Made by a program: the position numbers and the translations under genes
Source of the DNA: Nitrosopumilus sp.
Lineage (GTDB): Archaea > Thermoproteota > Nitrososphaeria > Nitrososphaerales > Nitrosopumilaceae
Reading direction: 5' to 3'
Assembly (NCBI GenBank): GCA_965207445.1
Contig: CBDBLX010000002.1
Coordinates: 128,001-192,000, forward strand
DNA: 64,000 bases
Shown here: in pieces, positions 10,352 through 22,390 of the stretch
Position numbering within the stretch: position 1 is the first letter of the stretch
Layout of the letters: every line of letters starts with the position of its first letter
The notes under the pieces: model-generated
Database searches by the model: none
What the model was told of the DNA's origin: nothing
The model's input: only the letters and a program-made list of their open reading frames with translations

Positions 10352-11695
10352 ATGTTGGAAAACTCAAAGAATAAGAATGCCTACAATAGTGTGTTTGCCA
10401 GTCTTAAAGAGCATCATAAACTATTCTCAGAATCAATTCCACTCATTGCAAGTGAAAACATTCCAAGTCCAGCAGTGAGAGAGGCAGTCGCAACTGACTT
10501 TGGCAATAGATACGCAGAGGGCTGGCCAGGTGAGCGCGTCTATGCAGGTTGCGCCATGATTGATAAAGTTGAGGTTAAATGTATGAAACTAGCTCAAAGG
10601 CTATTCAAAGCAAAGTTTGCAGATGTGAGGCCCATCTCAGGAGTAGTTGCAAACTTGGCAGTATATTCAGCATTCTCCGAACCAGGAAACGTAATGCTAG
10701 CACCATCCATACCAGCAGGTGGGCACATCTCACACGGTAAAAAAGAACATGCAGGTACAGCAGGTCTAGTACACGGATTAGACATTGAATTTTATGCATT
10801 TGATGCGCATGATATGACCATAGATGTAGATGAGACGAAAAAACGTGTTAAAAAACTAGCAGAAAAAGGAAAAAAATACATTCCACAAATAGCAATGTTT
10901 GGAGGCTCGTTGTTTCTGTTTCCTCACCCAGTCAAAGAACTTGCAGAGTTTCTAAAAGGGTATGATAACATGCACATTAATTACGATGCAGCACATGTAG
11001 CAGGTCTGATTGCAGGCTCAAAGTTTCAAGACCCATTCAAAGAGGGGGCAGATACCATGACCATGAGTACGCACAAGACCTTGTTTGGTCCACAAGGTGG
11101 GCTAATACTTGGCTCAAATCAAGAGCACGAGGAGTCGATCAAAAAAGCAGTCTTTCCTGGAATGACTAGTAGTCATCATATAAACAACATGGCAGGTAAG
11201 GCAATTGCATTTGCAGAAGCACTCGAGTTTGGCAAAAAATACGCCACACAAGTAATCAAGAACGCAAAGTCGCTAGCACAAGCACTCAGCAATGAAGGTT
11301 TCAAGGTACTAGGTGAATCAAAAGGTTTTACAGAATCACACCAGATTGCAATTAATGTACTAGAGTACTCTGATGGCGGCAAGGTCGAGGCGGACTTGGA
11401 GAAGGCCAACATTATAGTAAATAGACAACTCATACCAGGCGATATCAAAGCAAAGAGAAATTATTTTCATCCAGGTGGCATTAGAATTGGAGTATCTGAG
11501 ATCACGCGACTAGGTATGAAACGTGCAGAGATGATAGAGATTGCCTCTCTGATACGACAGGTGGTAATTGACAAAAAAGACACCAAGAAAATACTCTCAA
11601 AAGTCAGATCAATGAGAAAAGAGTACCAAAAGGTGCGGTTCTGCTTTCCAGATGGCTCTCGACGTGGTGCTTATGAATACATCAAATTACGATAA
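10352..11695 (+). CDS. glyA: Serine hydroxymethyltransferase
   Basis: LIASEN, RYAEGWPGERVYAG, GGHISH, YDAAHVAGLIAG, STHKTLFGPQGG. Confidence 0.96.
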   Translation: MLENSKNKNAYNSVFASLKEHHKLFSESIPLIASENIPSPAVREAVATDFGNRYAEGWPGERVYAGCAMIDKVEVKCMKLAQRLFKAKFADVRPISGVVANLAVYSAFSEPGNVMLAPSIPAGGHISHGKKEHAGTAGLVHGLDIEFYAFDAHDMTIDVDETKKRVKKLAEKGKKYIPQIAMFGGSLFLFPHPVKELAEFLKGYDNMHINYDAAHVAGLIAGSKFQDPFKEGADTMTMSTHKTLFGPQGGLILGSNQEHEESIKKAVFPGMTSSHHINNMAGKAIAFAEALEFGKKYATQVIKNAKSLAQALSNEGFKVLGESKGFTESHQIAINVLEYSDGGKVEADLEKANIIVNRQLIPGDIKAKRNYFHPGGIRIGVSEITRLGMKRAEMIEIASLIRQVVIDKKDTKKILSKVRSMRKEYQKVRFCFPDGSRRGAYEYIKLR

Positions 11696-11741
11696 TTTTT
11701 TTTATGAAACTGTTCAGTAAAATAAATAGTGGTCATATGTA

Positions 11742-14700
11742 TCATGTATAGTCACTGATCATTGATTGATCTCCCTGACTCTTGCCAAACAGATAGGAGA
11801 GTTCATCTGCAAGTACTGCAATTCGTCCCCGATGATACGCACCAATATCATATTTTTTTGCAAGATTCTTTGTTAGTGACAAGTATTTTTCTATAGTAGG
11901 GCGTGTGACATTCAGTGATAGTTTTTGACCACAGTTAGTACATTTGCATGAGAGTGGCATACGCCTGTACTTTTTATTGCATCCAGTACAACGAAACGTC
12001 TGAGTTGCATACGCCCTCAAGTTTCCTGCCAAATCAGGCACAAGATGTGTAGTTAAAATATTCAAGACAGTCTCATTTGGATCAACTGCTCTTATCATAG
12101 CAGCATTTTTGAGTTGAAAGTCTAACTTGTTTGGCATAGAGCCTAACGTAGAGTATGCACTTCTAGACCGCGATGTTGTTAGAGTAGATGTCCCATGAGT
12201 AAAGTGATAATCATAAAACAGTCTCTCTGTTCCAAGCCTAGACTCGATAATCTCAACTGATTTTACATTACCAGCTTTTTCACCACGCATTGTAGCATTA
12301 AAGAACTCTAGTGGAAGTGTCTTTGTGACCTCTAGATTGTGTGCTTGTGGCTGTGACTCGTGCGGAAGGACAAGAGGTTGAATCAAGAGTGGAACATCCA
12401 TCAAGCCACCTATCCGCCCAGACAAAAATTTCTTTGAAAAATTCAATAATGCATCCATCAAAAGCATGATCGAGTCTGCATCCCCATCAGCATCCCTTCG
12501 TTTTGCAGAGTGCCAATTTGGAGTGGCAAAACAGACATGAGTCTCTGCAAACCCTATGATTCTACCCACTATACCTACTGATGTGTGAGGTGCAAGTCCA
12601 ATCACTAGATGCCCTATCATGTCTTGGATAGTCTTGGCATTATAGTATGATTCTGCATTGTGAAATTTAGAGAGAAGCATATCAACATATTTGGCAGTTG
12701 CAAGCAAGTATTTGCCACTTGTGTATGGTATGATGATATCTTGCATGCGAAGCTCGACTATCTGATCCTCACTAACAAGGGTATTGCCATGGATGTCATG
12801 TGTATAACCCAACTCACATAAACGACTGACTGTTGTCCCAATCCAAGATGGTTTAAATTGTGTTAGTGGAGAGTTTGTGGCATCAAAACGAACAGTACCA
12901 TCTTTGAATACACTAAGACCATACTTTTGGCGAATCAATCCTTTCTCTATAGGTTCAGCATGTTTGTCCTCACCTAAGAGTCCCTTTACACCCTTTAGAG
13001 GCTCTTGTGCACGCAGCTCTAGGCGTTCTTGTGCACGGAGTAGTTGAGATTTTAATGGAAACCACAATGATGAATAAAGTACAGTTCTACTCTTGCATCG
13101 CTCACAATATTCATGTTCGATCTCTTCTCTGCAACGTAAACATCGACGCGTAAGTGTTGACTCTATACCGCACTCACGGCAGACTAGTCCCAAAACAGGT
13201 ACATGACATGATTGACAGTGTCTATTACACATGTCAATCTGTATTAAATCGCCTGTCTTTGATGCCTTTATCAAATCTCTAGTGGCGCCACCCTTGTCAC
13301 CTACAGGAAACAGTAAATGTGTTGGGGGATTCATCTCACGAGCAGCAGACTTTTCAGGTCTACCATTACGTACACCAATAAAAGCAGAAGATTTTACTCT
13401 GATCCGAATACCACTAGTTGATAGAATCTCAGGGATGGTATCAGGTGATGTATCACCTTTACTTTTATTGTGATGTATGGATGGTTTTACCCTAAAGAGG
13501 ATATTGTACATAATCTTTGCTTGTGCACCTTTAATGATGATGTTGCCACGTAAAGGAATTTTTTGTTTGAGTATGTCATTTGGTGCGATTATGTGATCGT
13601 CATTATTCTCAATATCATCAGGGTCGTGTTGCGTATCACCACCATCACTGTGGCTATCACTGTGGCTATCACTGTGGCTATCACTGTGGCTATCACTGTG
13701 GTTATCATTATCCCCAACATCACAAGGCACAAAGACGTGCTGCACGCCTATCTTTTCAAGTGACCTTTTTGTCATATCATCACGATTATAACCATCATAT
13801 CTAATCTCAGATTCAGATACAGCATCTGGACTTAAAAGTGACTCTAGTTCTGTAATGTTTAACTCATCCCAAAAATACAGATACTTGGGGTAAAGGGATA
13901 TGCCAAACTCAAGGGATGCAGATATTGCCTCATCTACTGTAGGCACTCTACTCAAATAACTCTCAAGGTGTTGCCACGCATGGCCCTCAGAGGCATCATT
14001 ACTAGACTTTTGTAATAAGAACTCTTGTAGTTCTGCCAACCAATACTCTTCTACATAACCAGATGGTCGCAGTTGTGTATTATTTTCTATAAAATCACCT
14101 ATAGATATCAAGACATCACCCATATGCAAAATCTCAACTATTCTTGCCTTTATCTCAGATACATACTCTATACTCTCCACCTTAACTACGCTACCATCAT
14201 CAAGCAGCACAGTAGGTGTATCAATAGAGTCTACAAAGGCAACAGATGCACCCTTGCCAGGTATGTCTGTCTTGATTTGTGTACCCACTGCGATTGTGTG
14301 ATCAAGCATCTCTGCAATGACGGGATGAAACCCTACTGCAGCAAAGCCCGTATTACATGAGCGACCATACCGGAGACGAAAGCCACCATGTTTGCCAGGC
14401 ATCGAGAGCACGGAGCGTCCTGTGATAACCTCGCGCATCCTTTTTGCTCCTGCATTCTCTTTGTCATCTGCTGAGTCTCCACCTACCTGAACGGCACCCT
14501 TTAACTCTGCAAGCCAGTCCCAGCCATCAAGACCATAATTCTCTATTCTCTTGAGAAGTTTCTTTGACCTACCAATCAATCCGTCATTTAGCACACGCAG
14601 AGCGCCACCACGTACTTTGTCAGTCTTGATTCGTTTCATGTTGCGATGATTTACAACCTCAAAGTTATCAGTCTCAACCCCATCAAGCTCTACTGGGAGG

Positions 14701-15410
14701 TTTTGAATCACGTGCTCTATATCCTCATCACTCACGTGATACTGAAAGTTGTGAGCATCACGCTCATAGACACGAAGTTCTTCTACAAATCTGCCTGGTT
14801 CATCATCATATGAGGTAGATTGGTACTTGTCAAGTCCGACTGCCTTGCGGACATGATCTGCTATAAGCATCGTGACTGCTGATTCGGTACCTCCTGCAGA
14901 ACGCATAGGGCCAGCAATTGATATTGAGAGGTATTTGGTACCATCTTGGTTCTGTTTTACCAAAACATCACTGATCCCCTCAAGAGGAGCCATAGTCACG
15001 CCCTCTGTCACAATGGCAAGCCCCACTCTAACTGCCAAGTCTAATCGTTCCTCAACTGGAGTCTCCTCTTTGTGGTGCTTGCCTAGTGCGATATCTTTTG
15101 ATAGTAATAATGCAGAAAATTCTTTGCTGTTTTTAGCCAGCAACTCTCTCAACTCGCCGGCGATATCAATATCATGCATCTTTGATACACGATCTGCCAA
15201 ATCATAGGCAATCTTAGGCTCTACAATAACAGTAGAATCTGCTTGACTCTTTGACTTTGCAGTAGATGCCTTTTCAAATATGTAAGCGGCCTTTTCTGAG
15301 AGTTCTTTGTAGTAAACACGATACTCATCAGGCATCTTTGTATGTTCGAGTCGATTATCTACGTCTTTGTGACTTGTAGCGTTAACTGCATGGGTACTTG
15401 TGTTAGACAA
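11742..15410 (-). CDS. polC: DNA polymerase D large subunit DP2
   Basis: GPMRSAGGT, GGFRLRYGR, FKDGTVRFD, catalytic KRRDADGDAD, C-terminal zinc finger. Confidence 0.96.
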   Translation of the reverse strand: MSNTSTHAVNATSHKDVDNRLEHTKMPDEYRVYYKELSEKAAYIFEKASTAKSKSQADSTVIVEPKIAYDLADRVSKMHDIDIAGELRELLAKNSKEFSALLLSKDIALGKHHKEETPVEERLDLAVRVGLAIVTEGVTMAPLEGISDVLVKQNQDGTKYLSISIAGPMRSAGGTESAVTMLIADHVRKAVGLDKYQSTSYDDEPGRFVEELRVYERDAHNFQYHVSDEDIEHVIQNLPVELDGVETDNFEVVNHRNMKRIKTDKVRGGALRVLNDGLIGRSKKLLKRIENYGLDGWDWLAELKGAVQVGGDSADDKENAGAKRMREVITGRSVLSMPGKHGGFRLRYGRSCNTGFAAVGFHPVIAEMLDHTIAVGTQIKTDIPGKGASVAFVDSIDTPTVLLDDGSVVKVESIEYVSEIKARIVEILHMGDVLISIGDFIENNTQLRPSGYVEEYWLAELQEFLLQKSSNDASEGHAWQHLESYLSRVPTVDEAISASLEFGISLYPKYLYFWDELNITELESLLSPDAVSESEIRYDGYNRDDMTKRSLEKIGVQHVFVPCDVGDNDNHSDSHSDSHSDSHSDSHSDGGDTQHDPDDIENNDDHIIAPNDILKQKIPLRGNIIIKGAQAKIMYNILFRVKPSIHHNKSKGDTSPDTIPEILSTSGIRIRVKSSAFIGVRNGRPEKSAAREMNPPTHLLFPVGDKGGATRDLIKASKTGDLIQIDMCNRHCQSCHVPVLGLVCRECGIESTLTRRCLRCREEIEHEYCERCKSRTVLYSSLWFPLKSQLLRAQERLELRAQEPLKGVKGLLGEDKHAEPIEKGLIRQKYGLSVFKDGTVRFDATNSPLTQFKPSWIGTTVSRLCELGYTHDIHGNTLVSEDQIVELRMQDIIIPYTSGKYLLATAKYVDMLLSKFHNAESYYNAKTIQDMIGHLVIGLAPHTSVGIVGRIIGFAETHVCFATPNWHSAKRRDADGDADSIMLLMDALLNFSKKFLSGRIGGLMDVPLLIQPLVLPHESQPQAHNLEVTKTLPLEFFNATMRGEKAGNVKSVEIIESRLGTERLFYDYHFTHGTSTLTTSRSRSAYSTLGSMPNKLDFQLKNAAMIRAVDPNETVLNILTTHLVPDLAGNLRAYATQTFRCTGCNKKYRRMPLSCKCTNCGQKLSLNVTRPTIEKYLSLTKNLAKKYDIGAYHRGRIAVLADELSYLFGKSQGDQSMISDYT
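13644..13703. repeat. 12 bp tandem repeat (ATCACTGTGGCT) x~5, in frame inside DP2
   Basis: Encodes HSDS repeats in an acidic/His insertion. Confidence 0.95.
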
Positions 15411-15421
15411 CTTTTCACTCC

Positions 15422-16189
15422 TCAGTGTTTTGTCTTGTCGATCCTATCTATAATCTCATAGAGTCTGTTGTCCTTGTTTGCTGTCTTGCCGTCTTCAAAC
15501 AGAGTTCCGATCACAAGTGCATCAGCACCTGCCTCAGCAAGTGATGATGCCACATCAGCATCCCTTATACCGCCACCGACGATAAGAAAACCATCAAAGA
15601 CACTTCGGACTGTCTTGACCATCTTTGGTGTGACATTTGTCTTTGCGCCAGAACCTGCTTCAAGGTATACAAACCGCATACCCATAAACTGAGCTGCCAG
15701 TGAGTATGCTGCTGCTATCTTTGGTTTTTCATGTGGAATACCACGTGCTGATCCTACAAACCATGCAGTAGTCCCCTCACCTATAACTAAATATGCAGTA
15801 GGTAGTGGTTCAAGACCAAACTTTGCAACGGCAGGGGCACCGAGTGCTTGTGCTTGTGATATGAAATATGGATTCTCTGAGTTTAAAAGAGAACTAAATA
15901 ATATGGCATCAGCATCAGGTACAACCCCGGTCACGTTTCCAGGAAACAGTATAACTGGGATCTGTTCTGTACTCTGTTTGATCTCTTTGACTACATTTGA
16001 CATCTCCATCTGGTCAATTGCAGAAGATCCTCCAACCAATATTGCACAAGCACCAGCCTGCTCTACTGTGCGTACTAGTCTTGATGACTCTTCTATATCA
16101 GATACCTCAGAGTCAATCAATACAAATAATAATGTACCACGTCGCTCTCGTTCCGTATTCAAGTACCGCTCTACTCGTCCTTTCTCCAT
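15422..16189 (-). CDS. Geranylgeranylglyceryl phosphate synthase (PcrB family)
   Basis: ILVGGS, ILFPG, SLLNSENPYFI, YLEAGSGA, VGGGIR. Confidence 0.93.
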   Translation of the reverse strand: MEKGRVERYLNTERERRGTLLFVLIDSEVSDIEESSRLVRTVEQAGACAILVGGSSAIDQMEMSNVVKEIKQSTEQIPVILFPGNVTGVVPDADAILFSSLLNSENPYFISQAQALGAPAVAKFGLEPLPTAYLVIGEGTTAWFVGSARGIPHEKPKIAAAYSLAAQFMGMRFVYLEAGSGAKTNVTPKMVKTVRSVFDGFLIVGGGIRDADVASSLAEAGADALVIGTLFEDGKTANKDNRLYEIIDRIDKTKH

Positions 16190-16260
16190 ACCCGCTCATA
16201 GATGGTCTCATAGTCGGTATTTTAAAGTTTAATTTACGGTGTATACAAATTTGTATAGCT

Positions 16261-16623
16261 ATGAGCGACTCTGGTAAACCAACTTTTAATGCCGTTATAC
16301 GTAAAATGATAGAAAAATCACTATTTACTGAACGACAAATTGAAATTATTTTAAATCAGCGGGACTTGCTAGAAACAGAGTTCCCCATAACAAGAGGTGC
16401 ATACTATAGGCAAGTAGGGCAGACAAAGGAGAAAATGGTCGCACTCTTCTATACAATAGTTGTTTTGAGGGGTTTAGGTGTGATCTTACCTGATGATATT
16501 GATGTGATGTTAGATCTTTCAGAGAAGATTGATGTGATAAATGATAGTGATGTACCACCAGAGAACGTTGATGATGTGATAAATGTGATTGAAAAGTACA
16601 TTCGACAGGCATGTAACATGTGA
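16261..16623 (+). CDS. Putative HTH DNA-binding protein
   Basis: SLFTERQIEII...ITRGAYYRQVGQ helix-turn-helix-like pattern. Start placed at ATG 16261. Confidence 0.65.
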   Translation: MSDSGKPTFNAVIRKMIEKSLFTERQIEIILNQRDLLETEFPITRGAYYRQVGQTKEKMVALFYTIVVLRGLGVILPDDIDVMLDLSEKIDVINDSDVPPENVDDVINVIEKYIRQACNM

Positions 16624-16746
16624 TATATAATGTTGCATCACTAATACAGAAGATTAACTGATGTAGCATACTAGTGATTTTTTGTTGTGTTGTGTGAGAA
16701 AATATCAACCGAAGATGATATATCACAGTATGTTGTGACACATGTG

Positions 16747-17445
16747 ATGGCAGAGGAATCTCTTGATCCATGGTTTATGGCTAGTCTAGGTATTGCATTT
16801 TTGATAGGGTTGTTGTCACTTTTTGTGTTTTTTTGGTTTCGAACAACATACAAAGAGTCTGCACTTGAGAGTAAAAGTGGTGAGATGACAGGTTCAGAAC
16901 GGTTAGAATACTATGAGAGACAACTCATAGACATGAAGATACGACTAGATGCACTAGAGATAATACAAGGCACAAAACGTGACGAATCACAAGACAATAC
17001 TCAACCTATGACTGCACTACTGGCTGGATTGACCGAGTTGTTAACCAAAGTGCCCAGTGATGATAAAGAAAGTGATATATCACAAGACAACATATCACAA
17101 GACAACAAAGTAGAACAAAATGATGTGATGTCTACATCAACAAGTGATGTGAAAAAAGCAAAGAGTATAGATACTATACCTAAAATTGAGTTTAAAACAT
17201 ACCCAAACCCAATTGATTATGTGTTGCATTTAATCACAAATAACATCACAACATCACGTGATATTCAAATCACAATGAAGAAGAGTAGAGAACACACATC
17301 ACGCCTATTAAAAAAGATGTATGAGGATGGGTACCTGGAGAGAAGTAAAGACAAAAGACCATACACATACAGTACAACACAAAAAGGAATAGAGAGGTTG
17401 GAGAGTTTGAATAAGACGCAGCATACACTCAATTCATCATCATAA
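16747..17445 (+). CDS. Membrane-anchored coiled-coil plus winged-HTH (MarR-like) protein
   Basis: N-terminal TM helix, coiled coil (RLEYYERQLIDMKIRLDALE), C-terminal SRDIQ..KSREHTSRLLKKMYEDGYLER..RPYTY. Confidence 0.75.
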   Translation: MAEESLDPWFMASLGIAFLIGLLSLFVFFWFRTTYKESALESKSGEMTGSERLEYYERQLIDMKIRLDALEIIQGTKRDESQDNTQPMTALLAGLTELLTKVPSDDKESDISQDNISQDNKVEQNDVMSTSTSDVKKAKSIDTIPKIEFKTYPNPIDYVLHLITNNITTSRDIQITMKKSREHTSRLLKKMYEDGYLERSKDKRPYTYSTTQKGIERLESLNKTQHTLNSSS

Positions 17446-17644
17446 TAATTATTTTTGCTACTAGTGTGCCAAGTCAATATTTGAGAGTTGCAGTCATTTA
17501 TCAACCAATAGTGATTTTATTATAAATAATTAAAATATAAATTTAATAAATTAATGTAAAATTAAAATATAAATTTAATTTTAAATATTATTAATAAATT
17601 ATAATTTCAATAAATTATATATTGAAACAATATCCATACCAAAC

Positions 17645-17800
17645 ATGCAAGAAAACGAGACGCTCGTTAAAATTACATCTGCAGGAACTATATCCATACC
17701 AAAACAGTTCCGAAAGTTCATGGATGTATCAAAGGGTGATTATGTCAAAATGATATTCAAAAATGACGAATTGGTAATCCGTAAGGTTGTAATATCCTAG
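17645..17800 (+). CDS. AbrB/MazE/SpoVT-family DNA-binding protein (51 aa, missed by ORF track)
   Basis: MQENETLVKITSAGTISIPKQFRKFMDVSKGDYVKMIFKNDELVIRKVVIS. Confidence 0.85.
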   Translation: MQENETLVKITSAGTISIPKQFRKFMDVSKGDYVKMIFKNDELVIRKVVIS

Positions 17801-17885
17801 ATAGATATTTTGGGAATTACAAGACTCTGACCCTTTAATTTATTTTAGTTTGAGAATTTAATTTTGATTAGGATTGGTGGTCTAG

Positions 17886-18287
17886 TTAGTGTTTTTGAGT
17901 AATTTTTATAGTCTGATATGTCCATTCTCTACCTGTTTTTATCCTATCTAATTTGTTTTTTGTAGAGAATCTAGATAAATAAGTAGATATAATACTCAAT
18001 TTAATAGGTTCGTTAAACTCATCTTCATATTTCTCAAGCACAGAAGTAGATGTAAACTTACTGAGTGGGAAATATTTGTCTACTATATGCCAGATTTTTG
18101 AGCCAGTAGAGTCAATGTTAATATTATTAGATGATTTACTGTTTTCATCATCATTCTCAATATCCATTATCTGCATCATCTCATAGATCTTTAACATTTT
18201 ATCACGTGTAATATTCCCTTCTATTTTAAAATCATATTTGATATCATCATCATCTACAAGATCTATACGTATCCTCTGTTTTGTCAT
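17886..18287 (-). CDS. Hypothetical protein with C-terminal winged-helix-like domain
   Basis: FTSTSVLEKYEDEFNEPIKLSIISTYLSRF..KLDRIKTGREWTY. Confidence 0.7.
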   Translation of the reverse strand: MTKQRIRIDLVDDDDIKYDFKIEGNITRDKMLKIYEMMQIMDIENDDENSKSSNNINIDSTGSKIWHIVDKYFPLSKFTSTSVLEKYEDEFNEPIKLSIISTYLSRFSTKNKLDRIKTGREWTYQTIKITQKH

Positions 18288-18427
18288 ATATTATATTAAC
18301 AATAACAGTATTTAACACACCGTAATTGTTAACAAAATTTACTGTTAAGTTTACATGCCTAGCGTGTGCCTAGCATAAAATTCGATTATAACATGTTTGA
18401 TATAAAATTATTATTTTTCTCATAAAT

Positions 18428-18825
18428 TTCACGACTGGAGTGGAAATGAAGGGGTCAAATCACATATGTTGACAGTGTTAACATCAATCTTCACGACTGG
18501 AGTGGAAATGAAGGGGTCAAAATCAAGGACTTTGAGTTTAATTTTAACAAAAAATTAACTATTGTTAACTAGTGACCCCCACACCTTCATTTCCACTCCA
18601 CGCTTTCTATTTTTTTTTTTTTGAAAATAGATATTATATTTAATTATTAATAATAATAATTAATAATTAATAATTATAATAAAAGAAATAATAAAAGAAA
18701 AACCAAAGTAATATTAAAGTAAATTATTCTGGAGTGGAAATGAAGGTGTGTCTGTTGTATTTTTGTAATCTAGAGTACCTACAGTTCTGAGTGGTAGCGT
18801 CTGTGGAAATGAAGGTGTGTCTGTT
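18428..18825. promoter_or_regulatory. Chromosomal replication origin (oriC): five ORB boxes plus AT-rich DUE
   Basis: (CTGGA)GTGGAAATGAAGG(G/T)GT at 18435, 18497, 18574-18600 (inverted), 18729 and 18803. Near-pure A/T tract at 18606-18727. Immediately upstream of cdc6. Confidence 0.9.
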
Positions 18826-18926
18826 ATACTTTTGTAATATGTAGTGTGATGTGTGATAATGAATGATTCTGAATAATAGTTATGATGTATATAGTGAATG
18901 TTATTACACAATTCAGTAATACTAGT

Positions 18927-20128
18927 ATGATGGGTGATCCGATTGATAATCTACTTGATGCAGCAGAGGCAGGAAGATCTTTAATAATTAATAGAACTGT
19001 AATGCATTTTACACATATACCAGACACTATCCTTCATAGAGATGAAGAACAAAAGGCAGTTGCTCAAATTCTACTTCCTATCTTAAAAGGTGCAAGGCCA
19101 TCAAACTTACTTGTATATGGCAAACCTGGAACTGGTAAGACATTAGTTGTACGCAAGGTCATATCAAAGATACAACAACGAGTTGAAAATTCTGAGTTTC
19201 CAATACGACTTGTATATACAAATGCCAAAGATGAAACAACATTGGGTGGTTTACTCACGAGTCTTGGAAAGGAACTTGGTATGGATAAAAAACGTCTACC
19301 TGTGACTGGCCTTGCAATAAGTGAGATCTTCAAACGCATATTAGATGAGATTGCTAATAACCATCTCAACGTGGTGTTTGTTATTGATGAGATTGATCAT
19401 TTGGCACGATTGGTTGGACGTACTGGGAAAGATATTTTATATCAATTAACTGGCGCTAATGAACGTCTAGTATCTGGTTCAACTACCTTGGTTGGTATAT
19501 CAAATGATTTATCATTTAAGGATAATTTAGATGGTCGTGTGATAAGTAGATTGGCAGATGAGGAAGTGGTGTTTACAAATTACACAACAGAGCAGATTCA
19601 AAAAATTCTAAAAGAGAGAACAATAATAGCATTTACACCAAACTCTGTTGAAGATGCTGCTTTGAGTCTATGCGCGGCTCTAGCAGGAAAAGAACATGGT
19701 GATGCTAGGAGAGCAATTGACTTGTTACGTGTTGCAGGGGAGATTGCAGAGCGTAAATGTGATAGTACTGTCTCTGCTGAGCATGTGCGAGAGGCATCTA
19801 AAAAAATGGAGGAAGATAAAGAGATGACGGCTCTAAAATCATATCCTCTACATGAAAAGATCATCATACTTGCAATCATACAGACAGAAAATAACTCTAC
19901 GGGAGGAATATACGCGCATTACAAATTATTATGTAAGAATGTTACAGTAGAACACCTCACACAACGACGTGTAACTCAGATGTTAAATGAGATAGAGTTA
20001 TCTGGAATTATTACAGGTAAGATTGCAAGTCAAGGAGTACATGGTCGCACAAAAAAACATCAATTGACAGTATCACATAATACAGTTAAAAAAGCATTTG
20101 AAAGTGATCTTACACTACAAGAAGTACT

Positions 20129-20132
<4 letters not shown>
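18927..20132 (+). CDS. cdc6: Orc1/Cdc6 replication initiator
   Basis: YGKPGTGKT Walker A, VIDEID Walker B, HGDARRAIDLLR, C-terminal wHTH. Confidence 0.96.
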
Positions 20133-21592
<1,460 letters not shown>

Positions 21593-21858
21593 TTACAGAT
21601 AACTTTCTTGTTAATTAAATCGATTCTTAGTTAGATTTAGTTATAGGTTGTCTGTTAATGATCTTTCGTTTTAGGGTAAAACAGTTCAACAAAAAAGAGT
21701 GGTGATAATGTGTCAAGACCATATAAAAGATCTATACCTCTAATCTCAAAAATCACCATTTTGTTTATGAACAACTAACACACTGATCTAAAAACAATAG
21801 ATACGATTCCCCACATAGACACGGTTACCCACAAATAGACAGTAATACTTGTCACATT

Positions 21859-22386
21859 GTGGAGTACACTCGGCTGGTATGGTTTTTTGCAGTCATGGGA
21901 GCATTTGCAACCATCTACCAACTCGGCTCCATGTCTGAGATATCAGAGCCAGAAGCAGAACTCGTTATGGCTCAATTTGAAGAGTTGATCGATGGGATAG
22001 ATGCGTTTGGAATATTCTTACACAATACAACTATTGCACTATTAATGTTCATACCTGGGTTTGGTATGATATGGGGACTTTTTTCTGCTTGGTCAACTGG
22101 ATTTGTGTTTGCTGCGATCACTTTCAGTATGCCTGACGTTGAGGGAGTAATACCTACAATGCCACTTGCTTTGTTGTTCCTCACACCATTTGGCTTGTTG
22201 GAAATCTGTGCATACTCACTTGGCATGTCAAGAAGTTTGATCCTACTTTTCTCAATAATAAAGAGACAGCCGCTCTTAGTGCATTTGAAAAGTACAATAA
22301 TTGAAGTAGGTATAGTCATAATACTCTTACTGATAGGTGGTTATGTAGAGTTCTTTATGATAGAAGAGTTTCTAGAGCACAGTTGA
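21859..22386 (+). CDS. SpoIIM-like membrane protein
   Basis: GIFLHN.IALLMFIPGFG, PFGLLE, GGYVE pattern, multiple TMs. Confidence 0.75.
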   Translation: MEYTRLVWFFAVMGAFATIYQLGSMSEISEPEAELVMAQFEELIDGIDAFGIFLHNTTIALLMFIPGFGMIWGLFSAWSTGFVFAAITFSMPDVEGVIPTMPLALLFLTPFGLLEICAYSLGMSRSLILLFSIIKRQPLLVHLKSTIIEVGIVIILLLIGGYVEFFMIEEFLEHS

Positions 22387-22390
22387 TTGA

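Noticed and set aside
13563..13804. HCGY-repeat and VAIT-repeat ORFs
   Set aside because: They are antisense shadows of the 12 bp repeat in DP2
11742..15410. Intein in DP2
   Set aside because: The extra length is a low-complexity insertion; there are no intein splice motifs or LAGLIDADG blocks, and the catalytic region is continuous
18428..18825. Spaced ~25-32 bp repeats as a CRISPR array
   Set aside because: Irregular spacing, one inverted copy, ORB consensus, adjacent cdc6 and no cas genes
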